DNA of 64,000 bases from positions 277,991 to 341,990 of IMG/VR virus record IMGVR_UViG_3300043570_001980; one strand, given 5' to 3'. A model generated the notes under the pieces. The model searched no databases. It had not been told where the DNA came from and saw only the letters and a program-made list of their open reading frames with translations. The stretch's first letter is position 1; every line of letters starts with the position of its first letter. The translations under genes and the position numbers were made by a program. Positions 47,015 to 55,920 of this stretch are shown one piece after another.

Positions 47015-48388
47015 ATGCAAGATATTAATTTTAGCGACGAAAGGTTTGACAACACAATGGCCGCAGGCTGGATACGTGATCTGGAAAGTTCGGACAGTCG
47101 CATACACAAAGAAAAAACTATTGAAAAAGCACTAATGGCGGCAAGACTTGGTAGTGCCGATGCACAATGTTTCCTCTTTAATTGCTACCAGGCCTATAAT
47201 CCTTTCTACACTTTTAACATCCGTCAGGTACCCGAGACCAACGGGCTGACTGGTATGCCTAACCCCTGGACTACATTTTGGGCCTTGTTAGAAAGTCTAC
47301 GTACCAGAAGCGTCACCGGTAATCGTGCAAGAGAAGCAATCGAAACTTGCAGTCAAATGTTTGACTCAGACGAGTGGAATAACTTGGCTCGACGGGTGTT
47401 GATCAAGGACTTGAGATGCGGTATCTCAGAGAAAACTCTAAACAAAGTACTGGGCAAGACTGAATGGAAGATACCAATCTTCAGTTGCCAACTGGCCCAG
47501 GATTCTACAGACCAGCCCAAAAAGTTAAAAGGTATCAAACGCCTGGAAGTCAAGCTGGATGGTGTGCGTGTGTTGGCAGTTGTGAATGGATCTGCTTGTA
47601 CATTGTACAGCCGTAATGGCAAAGAGTTTGAGAACTTCCCACAGATTGCAGACTTTATCGAAGAACATCGCAAAGCATTCCAGCGTGATTCTGCCTTTGG
47701 TGGACAGTTTGTGTTGGATGGCGAGATTGTGGGCAAGAATTTCCAGGACTTGATGAAGCAAGCACAACGCAAGAGCAATGCTAAAACAGACAACATGGTG
47801 TATCATGTGTTTGACATCTTGCCGTTGACAGAGTTCCGTGAAGGCTTTTGTAATTTGCAACAGCACAAGCGAATTGATCTCTTAAAACGTGCTCAAGCAA
47901 TGTTACCAGAAAATGGGTGTGTGCAAATCATGCCCGGTATGGATGTGGACTTGGACACAGCAGAAGGACATGATGTCATGCGCAGGTTTGCCGAAGCTTC
48001 AGTACAAGAAGGTTATGAAGGCATCATGATCAAGAACATGGATGCACCTTACGAGTGCAAACGTTCAGACTTTTGGATGAAATGGAAACCTACTATTACT
48101 GTTGATCTCGATATTGTGGGTTTCGAAGAAGGAACCGGTCGCAATCTTGGCCGGTTGGGTGCTATAATTTGTGAAGGAGTCGATAATGACCGAAATATTA
48201 GGGTTAATGTTGGCAGTGGTTTGTCTGATAGCGATCGCGATGAGTATTGGACCGCTAGGGATAAACTTTTGGGGTGCGTGGTTGAAGTTGAAGCTGACGC
48301 AGTTACGCAAAACCAAGACGGATCGTATAGTTTGAGGTTTCCTCGATTTTTGCGATTCCGTGGATTTGAACAAGGAGAAAAATTATGA
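47015..48388 (+). CDS. ATP-dependent DNA ligase
   Basis: KLDGVR, LDGE, FD, EGIMIK, KWK, VGSG, SLRFPRF. Confidence 0.95.
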   Translation: MQDINFSDERFDNTMAAGWIRDLESSDSRIHKEKTIEKALMAARLGSADAQCFLFNCYQAYNPFYTFNIRQVPETNGLTGMPNPWTTFWALLESLRTRSVTGNRAREAIETCSQMFDSDEWNNLARRVLIKDLRCGISEKTLNKVLGKTEWKIPIFSCQLAQDSTDQPKKLKGIKRLEVKLDGVRVLAVVNGSACTLYSRNGKEFENFPQIADFIEEHRKAFQRDSAFGGQFVLDGEIVGKNFQDLMKQAQRKSNAKTDNMVYHVFDILPLTEFREGFCNLQQHKRIDLLKRAQAMLPENGCVQIMPGMDVDLDTAEGHDVMRRFAEASVQEGYEGIMIKNMDAPYECKRSDFWMKWKPTITVDLDIVGFEEGTGRNLGRLGAIICEGVDNDRNIRVNVGSGLSDSDRDEYWTARDKLLGCVVEVEADAVTQNQDGSYSLRFPRFLRFRGFEQGEKL

Positions 48389-48600
48389 CTATGCATGAAA
48401 ATTTTATTAAAATTGCTGATAATGCTTTTAAAGAAAAACTCAACGAAGAGGACTTTCTTGATGCATTTAAAGCAAACCCAAGTTTATTCTGTGCCTTGCG
48501 CCTGGATGAATTACAGTTATTTGCTGAAGGCATTGTTCGAGAATGTGCCACAGTATCCGGTAAGGAAAAAGCTTTACTCAAACATTTTGGATTAGAATAA
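48385..48600 (+). CDS. Hypothetical protein
   Basis: ATGA coupling; FAEGIVREC...KHFGLE. Confidence 0.65.
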   Translation: MTMHENFIKIADNAFKEKLNEEDFLDAFKANPSLFCALRLDELQLFAEGIVRECATVSGKEKALLKHFGLE

Positions 48601-48664
48601 TATAGCCATTCTTCATTATGAAGAAACTTTATTATCTTAAAGAAGGTCGCAGATAAAGATATGG

Positions 48665-48934
48665 ATGGAAAATAAAAAATCCCACAAGTTTTATTTTGCA
48701 ATAAAAAACTCTCAGCAATGGTATAATGTCATGGCTGAGTGTCGCCGCTTGTTTGGTAAAGAATGGTCTTGCCAGGGAAAGGTACGGCGTAAACTTGATA
48801 AAATTAGATGGTCAGATAACCCTCGAGTTGATGTTTGGTTTGAAGTGCCTGATTCTAAATTTGGCGTGTGGATTACGCTCAAAACAGGAGTTGAGTTGAT
48901 CAAACAAGAGATTAAAAAACCGGTAAATAACTAA
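48665..48934 (+). CDS. Hypothetical protein
   Basis: 89 aa, W..Q.KVRRKL...WFEVPD. Confidence 0.6.
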   Translation: MENKKSHKFYFAIKNSQQWYNVMAECRRLFGKEWSCQGKVRRKLDKIRWSDNPRVDVWFEVPDSKFGVWITLKTGVELIKQEIKKPVNN

Positions 48935-48936
48935 CT

Positions 48937-50445
48937 ATGTTTTTGTCACTACTAACTTTAGCAATAGCCCTGTCTTTATCTGCCATTGCCGCTTTCTATT
49001 CAATTGCAGGTCTTGCGGCTATATTTGCCGCGGCAGTAGTGCCTATCATGATTATGGGGTCGATACTTGAGGTTGCTAAACTAGTTGTAACAGTCTGGCT
49101 ACACGAATACTGGCACCGTTGCCGGTTAACCATGAAATTGTATCTAGTGCCTGCAGTTGGTATATTGATGATAATAACATCAATGGGTATTTTTGGCTTC
49201 TTGTCAAAAGCCCACAGTGATCAAAGCCTAGTATCAGGTGATGTGCAGGCCAAGATTGCAGTCTACGATGAAAAAATTAAAACAGCCAAAGAGAACATAG
49301 ATGCAAACCGCAAAGCTCTTAAACAAATGGATGAGGCAGTGGACCAGGTCATGGGCCGAAGCACTTCAGAAACAGGTGCAGATAAAGCCGTGGCTCTCCG
49401 TAGGACGCAACAAAAGGAACGTGGGCGTCTCCTTGCTGAAATCGAAGCCGAACAGAAAAGAATTAGCATATTTGCTGAAGAGCGAGCGCCGATTGCCGCC
49501 GAGGTTAGAAAAGTAGAAGCCGAAGTAGGACCAATAAAATACATTGCTTCATTTATCTATGGTGATAACCCTGATGCCAACTTGCTGGAAAAAGCAGTGA
49601 CCTGGGTGATCATTATCATTGTTGCTGTGTTTGATCCCTTGGCTATCATGATGTTGTTGGCCGCAACTGAAAGTTTAAAGTGGCGTAGAGAAGATTTAGA
49701 AAAAACACCAGCATACGAAGAAGACGATGGGCCGTTAACCAACGATCAAATTGATCAAATCAAAGAATCAGCCAACGAAGATTTGCCCACTGGTGACTTG
49801 ATAATCAAAGACGAGTTATTTCCGAACAACCTACATCCTCCAGGTTGGATGTTTACAAATCCAGAAACCCATCCAGTTGAAACACTATCAATTGAATCAG
49901 ATCCTATACCTTGTGTAAAATGTGGTACACCACTGGTCGATGTACCCAGCATAGGATTAGTTTGTGCTAACCCGGATTGTGACCCAGTTAATGAAGAGGT
50001 CGAAGAAGAGGTCGAAGAAGAGGTCGAAAACGATTCAGACGCAGTCAAAGAAGCTAAACGTCGTTGGAAAGCAGATAACCCCAATGAAACTTTAAAAAAT
50101 CAACGGCGATTAGTTGACGCAGGCTTTATCGATCATTACCCATGGGAAGATTACTTAGATATTGGCAATGAAGATTTAGACATTCCTTATGGAGACCAAT
50201 TACCCGAGTCTTCTGCAAAAGGAGAAATGTATCTTAACACAGCATACCAACCAACCAAGTTATTTAAATACAATGGACAAAAATGGATTGAAGTTGATAA
50301 AAAATTAACCGACAGATATGTATATAATGACTCTTACATTGATTATTTAATTAGTAAAATAAGTTCAGGCGAGTACGACCCTGAACTGCTCAATGACAGT
50401 GAACGTTCCCAAATCGAAGAAAAACTTAAACAAGGACCAATTTAA
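48937..50445 (+). CDS. Multi-pass membrane protein with coiled coil, acidic linker and Zn ribbon
   Basis: Three N-terminal TM helices, [26 protein letters not shown]; TAAATA 48924-48929. Confidence 0.75.
   Translation: MFLSLLTLAIALSLSAIAAFYSIAGLAAIFAAAVVPIMIMGSILEVAKLVVTVWLHEYWHRCRLTMKLYLVPAVGILMIITSMGIFGFLSKAHSDQSLVSGDVQAKIAVYDEKIKTAKENIDANRKALKQMDEAVDQVMGRSTSETGADKAVALRRTQQKERGRLLAEIEAEQKRISIFAEERAPIAAEVRKVEAEVGPIKYIASFIYGDNPDANLLEKAVTWVIIIIVAVFDPLAIMMLLAATESLKWRREDLEKTPAYEEDDGPLTNDQIDQIKESANEDLPTGDLIIKDELFPNNLHPPGWMFTNPETHPVETLSIESDPIPCVKCGTPLVDVPSIGLVCANPDCDPVNEEVEEEVEEEVENDSDAVKEAKRRWKADNPNETLKNQRRLVDAGFIDHYPWEDYLDIGNEDLDIPYGDQLPESSAKGEMYLNTAYQPTKLFKYNGQKWIEVDKKLTDRYVYNDSYIDYLISKISSGEYDPELLNDSERSQIEEKLKQGPI
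49993..50028 (+). repeat. 3 x 12-bp tandem repeat encoding EEVE
   Basis: GAAGAGGTCGAA repeated three times. Confidence 0.9.
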
Positions 50446-51641
50446 TGACTGCTGTACTGCAACAACACAAACACGCCTGTAGCTTTTGTGGCAAAGAAAA
50501 AGACGTAGTAAAAAAACTAATTGTCAGTGACGATGTTGCAATCTGCAACGAATGTGTCACATTATGCCAGGACTTGTTAGAAGACCAGCCACCTGCAGAA
50601 ATTGTTAATGACGTAGAACGCATGGATCCCATGAAACTCAAAGAATTTCTTGATCAATACGTCATTGGTCAAGATCGTGCAAAAGTTGTTCTTAGCGTTG
50701 CAATTGTTAATCATTACAAACGACTACAAAACATAGGAACAGAAATTGAACTATCCAAAGCCAACATCCTCATGCTTGGCCCAACTGGATCGGGTAAAAC
50801 ACTTCTGGCCAAGACAGTGGCAAGATATTTAGATGTTCCTTTTGTTATTGCAGATGCTACCAGTATTACTGAAGCAGGCTATGTTGGTGACGACGTTGAA
50901 ATGTTGATTAGTCGGTTATATGCGGCATCGGGCAATGACGTTGAAAAAGCACAGCGTGGAATTGTATTTGTAGATGAGATTGACAAAATTGCACGTAAAA
51001 GTGAAAGCACCAGTATCACTCGGGATGTGTCGGGCGAGGGCGTTCAACAGGCATTGCTAAAGTTAGTTGAAGGTACTGTATGTCGTATTCCAAACTCCGG
51101 TGGTAGAAAACACCCTGGCGGCGAGATGATTGAAATCGACACTAGTAAAATTTTGTTTATTACCGGTGGTGCATTTGTTGGACTTGACAGCATTTTAAAA
51201 AATCGTATCAACGGATCAAATATTGGATTTAACACAGAAATGATTTCTAAGAGAGATGCTGACCTAACTCAAGTTACTCCTGATGATCTAGTGCGTTTTG
51301 GAATGATTCCTGAATTTGTAGGACGTTTTCCTAGTGTGGTTACCTTGGAAGAATTAGATGAGCACTCGATGACTCGTGTGCTAACCGAAGTAAAACACAA
51401 TATCCTGGATCAATATCGTTGGATTTTTAAACAAGATCAAGTGGAATTAAATTTTGAATCTAGCAGTATTGACGCAATTGTAAAACGTGCAATTAATTCA
51501 GGAACTGGAGCAAGAGCTTTGCAATCAGAAGTTGAAAGAGCACTAATGCCACACATGTTTAAACTAAGAGACTATGTCAAACGAGAAATTAAATGCGTGA
51601 ATATCAATGCGGACCTAATAAATAATCCTGATAACATATAA
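50445..51641 (+). CDS. clpX: Clp protease ATP-binding subunit ClpX
   Basis: CSFC..CNEC zinc domain, [23 protein letters not shown] loop, TGAR. Confidence 0.96.
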   Translation: MTAVLQQHKHACSFCGKEKDVVKKLIVSDDVAICNECVTLCQDLLEDQPPAEIVNDVERMDPMKLKEFLDQYVIGQDRAKVVLSVAIVNHYKRLQNIGTEIELSKANILMLGPTGSGKTLLAKTVARYLDVPFVIADATSITEAGYVGDDVEMLISRLYAASGNDVEKAQRGIVFVDEIDKIARKSESTSITRDVSGEGVQQALLKLVEGTVCRIPNSGGRKHPGGEMIEIDTSKILFITGGAFVGLDSILKNRINGSNIGFNTEMISKRDADLTQVTPDDLVRFGMIPEFVGRFPSVVTLEELDEHSMTRVLTEVKHNILDQYRWIFKQDQVELNFESSSIDAIVKRAINSGTGARALQSEVERALMPHMFKLRDYVKREIKCVNINADLINNPDNI

Positions 51642-51651
51642 GGGAGATATT

Positions 51652-51864
51652 TTGGGGAAAGCAATGATTGTCACAGACGGCAACATCGAAAAAGCACTAA
51701 GAAAGTTCAAGAAAAAAATAGCCAACTCGGGACTATTACTCGAACTTCGCGAACGTGAACACTATACAAAGCCAACAGAAGAAAAAAAACTTAAAAAAAG
51801 TCAGGCTAAAGCACGTTGGCGTAAACATCTACAAACCCAAGAGCTTCCAAAAAAACTTTATTAA
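51652..51864 (+). CDS. rpsU: Ribosomal protein bS21
   Basis: IEKALRKFKKK..G...ELREREHYTKPT; TTG start with GGGAG SD; TAAATA 51619-51624. Confidence 0.9.
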   Translation: MGKAMIVTDGNIEKALRKFKKKIANSGLLLELREREHYTKPTEEKKLKKSQAKARWRKHLQTQELPKKLY

Positions 51865-52091
51865 TGTACATTGAATTTGATATTTTAAAAGCAATGGACA
51901 ATTTTGATGACCTTGAAGATGCAGTTGCTCTTTGGGCAAAAAAACACAACATACCTTATACAACTAAAGTGGCCAAGGGTTTAAAATATCGACTCGGATT
52001 AAATCAAGCCGAGCATTTTACGTTATTTTTTATTACCTGGTCAGCCTGCGAATATCAAGTCAAAAACGTCAAGAACAATGCCGGAGAATAA
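51864..52091 (+). CDS. Hypothetical protein
   Basis: TAATG coupling, 75 aa. Confidence 0.6.
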   Translation: MYIEFDILKAMDNFDDLEDAVALWAKKHNIPYTTKVAKGLKYRLGLNQAEHFTLFFITWSACEYQVKNVKNNAGE

Positions 52092-52094
52092 TCA

Positions 52095-52550
52095 GTGACC
52101 ATTTGGAAAAAACCCATATCTTTGGATTTACTTAATGCGTTGAGTAAAGGAAATAGTGGAGAACATGTGGGGATTGAATTTACAGAAATTGGTGACAATT
52201 ATGTAACTGCACGTATTCCTGTTGATCATAGAACTATGCAACCGTGGGGTGTTATAAACGGCGGCATAAATGTGGTATTGGCAGAGACTGTGGCATCTTA
52301 TGCTGCCTATCATGCAATTGACCCTGGCTTTCGATGTGTAGGACTAGATGTTAATGCCAACCACATTGCTCCAGCAAACAGAGGATGGGTAACTGCAACA
52401 GCTCGTCCAATTCAATTGGGCAATTCTATTCAGGTGTGGGCTATTGATTTAAAAAATGATGCTGGCAAATTGACTTGTGTGGCTCGTCTTACTCTTTCTG
52501 TTTTTAAAGACAAGCGCACCTGTACATCTAACATAGCCGAACAACATTGA
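52095..52550 (+). CDS. PaaI/MenI-family hotdog thioesterase
   Basis: GIEF, PVDHRTMQPWG..NGG..LAET, VGLDVNANH, QVW. Confidence 0.88.
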   Translation: MTIWKKPISLDLLNALSKGNSGEHVGIEFTEIGDNYVTARIPVDHRTMQPWGVINGGINVVLAETVASYAAYHAIDPGFRCVGLDVNANHIAPANRGWVTATARPIQLGNSIQVWAIDLKNDAGKLTCVARLTLSVFKDKRTCTSNIAEQH

Positions 52551-52642
52551 CTTATCTAGATATTTCCTGTATAAATATAGTTTGTAGCGCCGATGGTCGG
52601 GCTACAACGTATAGTCAACTTGCTTAATAAAGGAGAAATGAC
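52547..52642 (+). promoter_or_regulatory. hsp20 leader: overlapping sigma70/late promoter, 5' hairpin and ROSE-like element
   Basis: TTGACT-17-TATAAA(TA); hairpin TTGTAGC..CCGA-TGG-TCGG-GCTACAA; CTTGCT-TAATAA-AGGAG. Confidence 0.6.
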
Positions 52643-53077
52643 ATGACTAAAATCACATCTTTTGATATTACCCCCTTCTATCGTAACGCTATTGGCGTTG
52701 ATAGACTATTTGATCGTATTGTTAATCAAATCGATCACGCCGCAACTAATTACCCTCCATACAACATTGTAGAAACAGGTGAAAACACCTACGAAGTACA
52801 GGTTGCTGTGGCTGGATTTAATCAAGGCGATCTTGAAATTATTGTTAAAGACGGTGAGCTAATTATCACCGGCGAAAAAACAGAAACAACGCCCGAAGGA
52901 TATATCTTCCGTCATCAAGGCATTAGTGCTCGTAAGTTTATTCGCATATTTAGTCTAGGTGATTATGTTGAAGTTAAGGATGCTGTGGCCAAGGACGGAA
53001 TCTTATCTGTCAAGCTAGAGCGTGTAATTCCTGACTCAGCCAAGCCAAAGACTATTGCAATTAACTACGCTTCATAA
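52643..53077 (+). CDS. Small heat shock protein Hsp20 (IbpA-like)
   Basis: IGVDRLF, NYPPYNI, AVAGF, HQGISARKF, DGIL. Confidence 0.95.
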   Translation: MTKITSFDITPFYRNAIGVDRLFDRIVNQIDHAATNYPPYNIVETGENTYEVQVAVAGFNQGDLEIIVKDGELIITGEKTETTPEGYIFRHQGISARKFIRIFSLGDYVEVKDAVAKDGILSVKLERVIPDSAKPKTIAINYAS

Positions 53078-53100
53078 TATAATAGTTAATGTTAAATACT

Positions 53101-53121
53101 TGTAGGGCACGGTGCCCTACA
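53101..53121 (+). promoter_or_regulatory. 5' hairpin after a late promoter in the clpS leader
   Basis: TAAATA 53093-53098, then TGTAGGGCA-CGG-TGCCCTACA with no U tract. Confidence 0.55.
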
Positions 53122-53146
53122 GTATCCGCAAAGGAAGATAATAACA

Positions 53147-53449
53147 ATGGCCGACATTAAAAATAGAATTAAACCAAACGTAAAACTGGCAGAGCCTCCA
53201 ATGTTTAAGGTTATCTATATCAACGACAATCAAACATCTATGGAATTTGTGATTGAAAGTTTAATTCAATATTTCGAATATAACGCAGTTACCGCTGAAA
53301 AAATCACAACAGATATTCATGACGCTGGATCTGCGTGTGTTGCAGTTTTGCCATATGAAATTGCTGAGCAAAAGGGAATTGAAATTACTATTAGTGCTAG
53401 AACCGAAGGGTATCCCTTGCAGATTAAATTAGAACCCGAGACTGCTTAA
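53147..53449 (+). CDS. clpS: Clp protease adaptor ClpS
   Basis: PPMFKVI..ND..T.MEFV...IH..G...EIAE.K...YPL. Confidence 0.9.
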   Translation: MADIKNRIKPNVKLAEPPMFKVIYINDNQTSMEFVIESLIQYFEYNAVTAEKITTDIHDAGSACVAVLPYEIAEQKGIEITISARTEGYPLQIKLEPETA

Positions 53450-54234
53450 AAATTAACTTCAATTCGTAGAGGATGATACACTGACTTTTTCCATTGTGTA
53501 TCGCCTCTTCCTCTACAGTTGTTAACATATCGTATTCCGTCAATCACACGATCAACGCTGCCATGATAATGTCCAAAGCACCAATGGCTAATCTTGTTTT
53601 CCGAATCTTCGTGTAGTATTTGTTGAATAAAACTATTGCCCATGGTATTGTATCTATGTGTTCCAACTAATTCAATGTCATGGCTAATCAAATCTTTAGA
53701 CGGTACTGTATGTGTAACAACAATAATTTTTTTAACATCGCTATGAGTTTGCAGTCTCTTGACAGACGAAGATAGATAATCAACATCATTAAATGCAATA
53801 CTTTCGATGACTTCAGGAACCCAGGACTCACAGTTGAACTTGTCTCTAAATGCTTGTTTGCTTTCAACCGGATCAATGCTGGTGTCAAAGTCCCAGGTCC
53901 ACCAACCATTGGTTGCAATGATTGCCACTCCATCAATTACTACAGCATTGTCTTGAAGATAAATGACATTTGGAAACTCATCTAGGATACCTTGAATTTC
54001 TTTGTAATTGCCCCCAATCTGATTTAGATTTTGTTTATGCTCGTCATTGCCGTCGATATAAAAAACACCCTGGTAACAACCACTAAGATGACTGAGGGAC
54101 TGTGAAAGTAGTTGATAATTTTTTGAAACATCCCCAGCAACAATACAAAACTGGCTGGTGGCTTGGCCTTCCCAATCAAAGTCGGGCCACGTTTCTAAAT
54201 GAAGGTCTGAAATAAGATCAAATGAAAATTGCAT
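53446..54234 (-). CDS. Calcineurin-like metallophosphoesterase
   Basis: SDLH, AGD, GNDE, THT, FGHYH; minus-strand TAAATA 54241-54246. Confidence 0.85.
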   Translation of the reverse strand: MQFSFDLISDLHLETWPDFDWEGQATSQFCIVAGDVSKNYQLLSQSLSHLSGCYQGVFYIDGNDEHKQNLNQIGGNYKEIQGILDEFPNVIYLQDNAVVIDGVAIIATNGWWTWDFDTSIDPVESKQAFRDKFNCESWVPEVIESIAFNDVDYLSSSVKRLQTHSDVKKIIVVTHTVPSKDLISHDIELVGTHRYNTMGNSFIQQILHEDSENKISHWCFGHYHGSVDRVIDGIRYVNNCRGRGDTQWKKSVYHPLRIEVNF

Positions 54235-54260
54235 GATACATATTTAAAAGGATTTTAACC

Positions 54261-54626
54261 ATGAACATAATTTTAGGTGAAGAAAACATCAAAGAAATTG
54301 ATCAGAAATACACAGTACTTGAATTAGATACATTGTTGTTTTCAGGGGCTACTACCCCGATAACTGCATATTGTCTAGTAGAAAAAGTTGGACTTGAAGA
54401 GTATGTGTCGTTGGATCGTTTTAGAGAATTGCACAATAACATGATGAAAAACTATCGCCTTAAAAACTGGAAGTACTGCGAAGATGCACTCGAACACTTG
54501 ATGGGCAAATGGCGAGGCGAACTCAACAGTTTTTATGACGATATTGCTATACGCATTAAAGAATACAAACAAGCAGATCCAGGAGAACACTGGGCTGGAG
54601 TAATTGAAAAAAAGATTAGCTTTTAA
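54261..54626 (+). CDS. Hypothetical protein resembling the C-terminal tail of class III adenylate cyclases
   Basis: IILGEE..LELD....G...P..Y ... YR..NW ... RI..Y...PG..W.GV...K. Confidence 0.5.
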   Translation: MNIILGEENIKEIDQKYTVLELDTLLFSGATTPITAYCLVEKVGLEEYVSLDRFRELHNNMMKNYRLKNWKYCEDALEHLMGKWRGELNSFYDDIAIRIKEYKQADPGEHWAGVIEKKISF

Positions 54627-55920
54627 TTAGTTTAAAAAACTTAATAATATCAGCCTTGGATTTTTTGGGATTCTCTCTAAACAGATTTTCTTTTATTTCG
54701 GGATTGGTACAGTTAAGTTGGTTAATAAATTTCCAAGTTTGCCCAGTGCAATGCTGATTAGCAATGTCTCTGGCCAATTTATAATTTGTTTTAAATTCGT
54801 TGATTACCTGGTCACTGAATTCTTTACTAAAGAATCTTTGCTGATTGTATTTGATTATAGGAAGAAATTTTTTATTAAGTTCTTCTTTTTCACTTAATGA
54901 TAGCATTGATATTTTTGTCATTAACTGAATTATTGCTTCTAATCGTTGATACGGGTCTGAGATTGAATCATAACTTTCGTCGATGTAATCTCCAAACGTT
55001 TTGAATCCATAACTGCGAAGATAATCAAGGCTTCCGTGTGTGGCTGTTAAAATAAACGGCTTGCCACAGGCAATTGGTCTTAGAGTTTTTTCTGTGATAT
55101 GCAGTCGTTGATCATCAAATAGTGTTTCAAGCACAACATCAAACCAACATTCTTTGTAGTCGTTCGCAGAATAATCTGCACTATAAGTTGATGCCGCAGT
55201 TGGCTCAGGCAACATTGATAAATCATTGTTGGGGATAAATTTTGGGTTTTTGTAAAGATATTGTTGATAATGTTGTTGATCACAGGTAGTAGAAAATTTA
55301 ATATTTGATCTATTAATCAAATTGTTTTCAACAAGTAGGTCTGTAAATTTTACACGATATTCTCTAGAACCAGACCATGCTCGATTATAAATGTTAAAGT
55401 CTTTGTTAAATGTATTTGCGTAAACTAAAGAAGGATCAAGTTCAGCATAACGATACCAGTCTCTAGAAATAATTGCATGACTCCACCAATAAACTCCTAC
55501 CATGTTATTTTCTTGGTACTTTTTTAAATTTTCTGATCTTTGCTCACTGTGACAAATTAGTGTTTTATCATAGATTGAACGACCGTAGCAGACAAAGTTT
55601 AAGTTTTGAGTACTTAAAATATCTTTAGTTTCGGGCACCAATTCCATGGTTTTTGCAGTCAGCTTGTCGTGTTTATTAAACCAAGGTAACATACTGTTTG
55701 TTAAATTATCCTCATTGTAATAGTCAAAATTCAAAGGCTCCTGATCGTGCATGACCATAAGCAAACTGGTATTCCACTCAAACCACGAGCGATCTCTAAT
55801 GGAGAACTGTGAAAGGTCGTCGATTTCTTTACTGCCGTGTGGATAAAAGTGATAAATTAATACATCACAATCAACACAACTTTCAAGGTAGTGATACATT
55901 TTATCAATAGGAATTAACAT
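54616..55920 (-). CDS. Hypothetical GT-B-like protein
   Basis: YNR....R.YR, VVLET, ITEKTLRPIACGKPF, LRSYGFKTF..IDESYD; start uncertain. Confidence 0.6.
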   Translation of the reverse strand: MLIPIDKMYHYLESCVDCDVLIYHFYPHGSKEIDDLSQFSIRDRSWFEWNTSLLMVMHDQEPLNFDYYNEDNLTNSMLPWFNKHDKLTAKTMELVPETKDILSTQNLNFVCYGRSIYDKTLICHSEQRSENLKKYQENNMVGVYWWSHAIISRDWYRYAELDPSLVYANTFNKDFNIYNRAWSGSREYRVKFTDLLVENNLINRSNIKFSTTCDQQHYQQYLYKNPKFIPNNDLSMLPEPTAASTYSADYSANDYKECWFDVVLETLFDDQRLHITEKTLRPIACGKPFILTATHGSLDYLRSYGFKTFGDYIDESYDSISDPYQRLEAIIQLMTKISMLSLSEKEELNKKFLPIIKYNQQRFFSKEFSDQVINEFKTNYKLARDIANQHCTGQTWKFINQLNCTNPEIKENLFRENPKKSKADIIKFFKLIKS

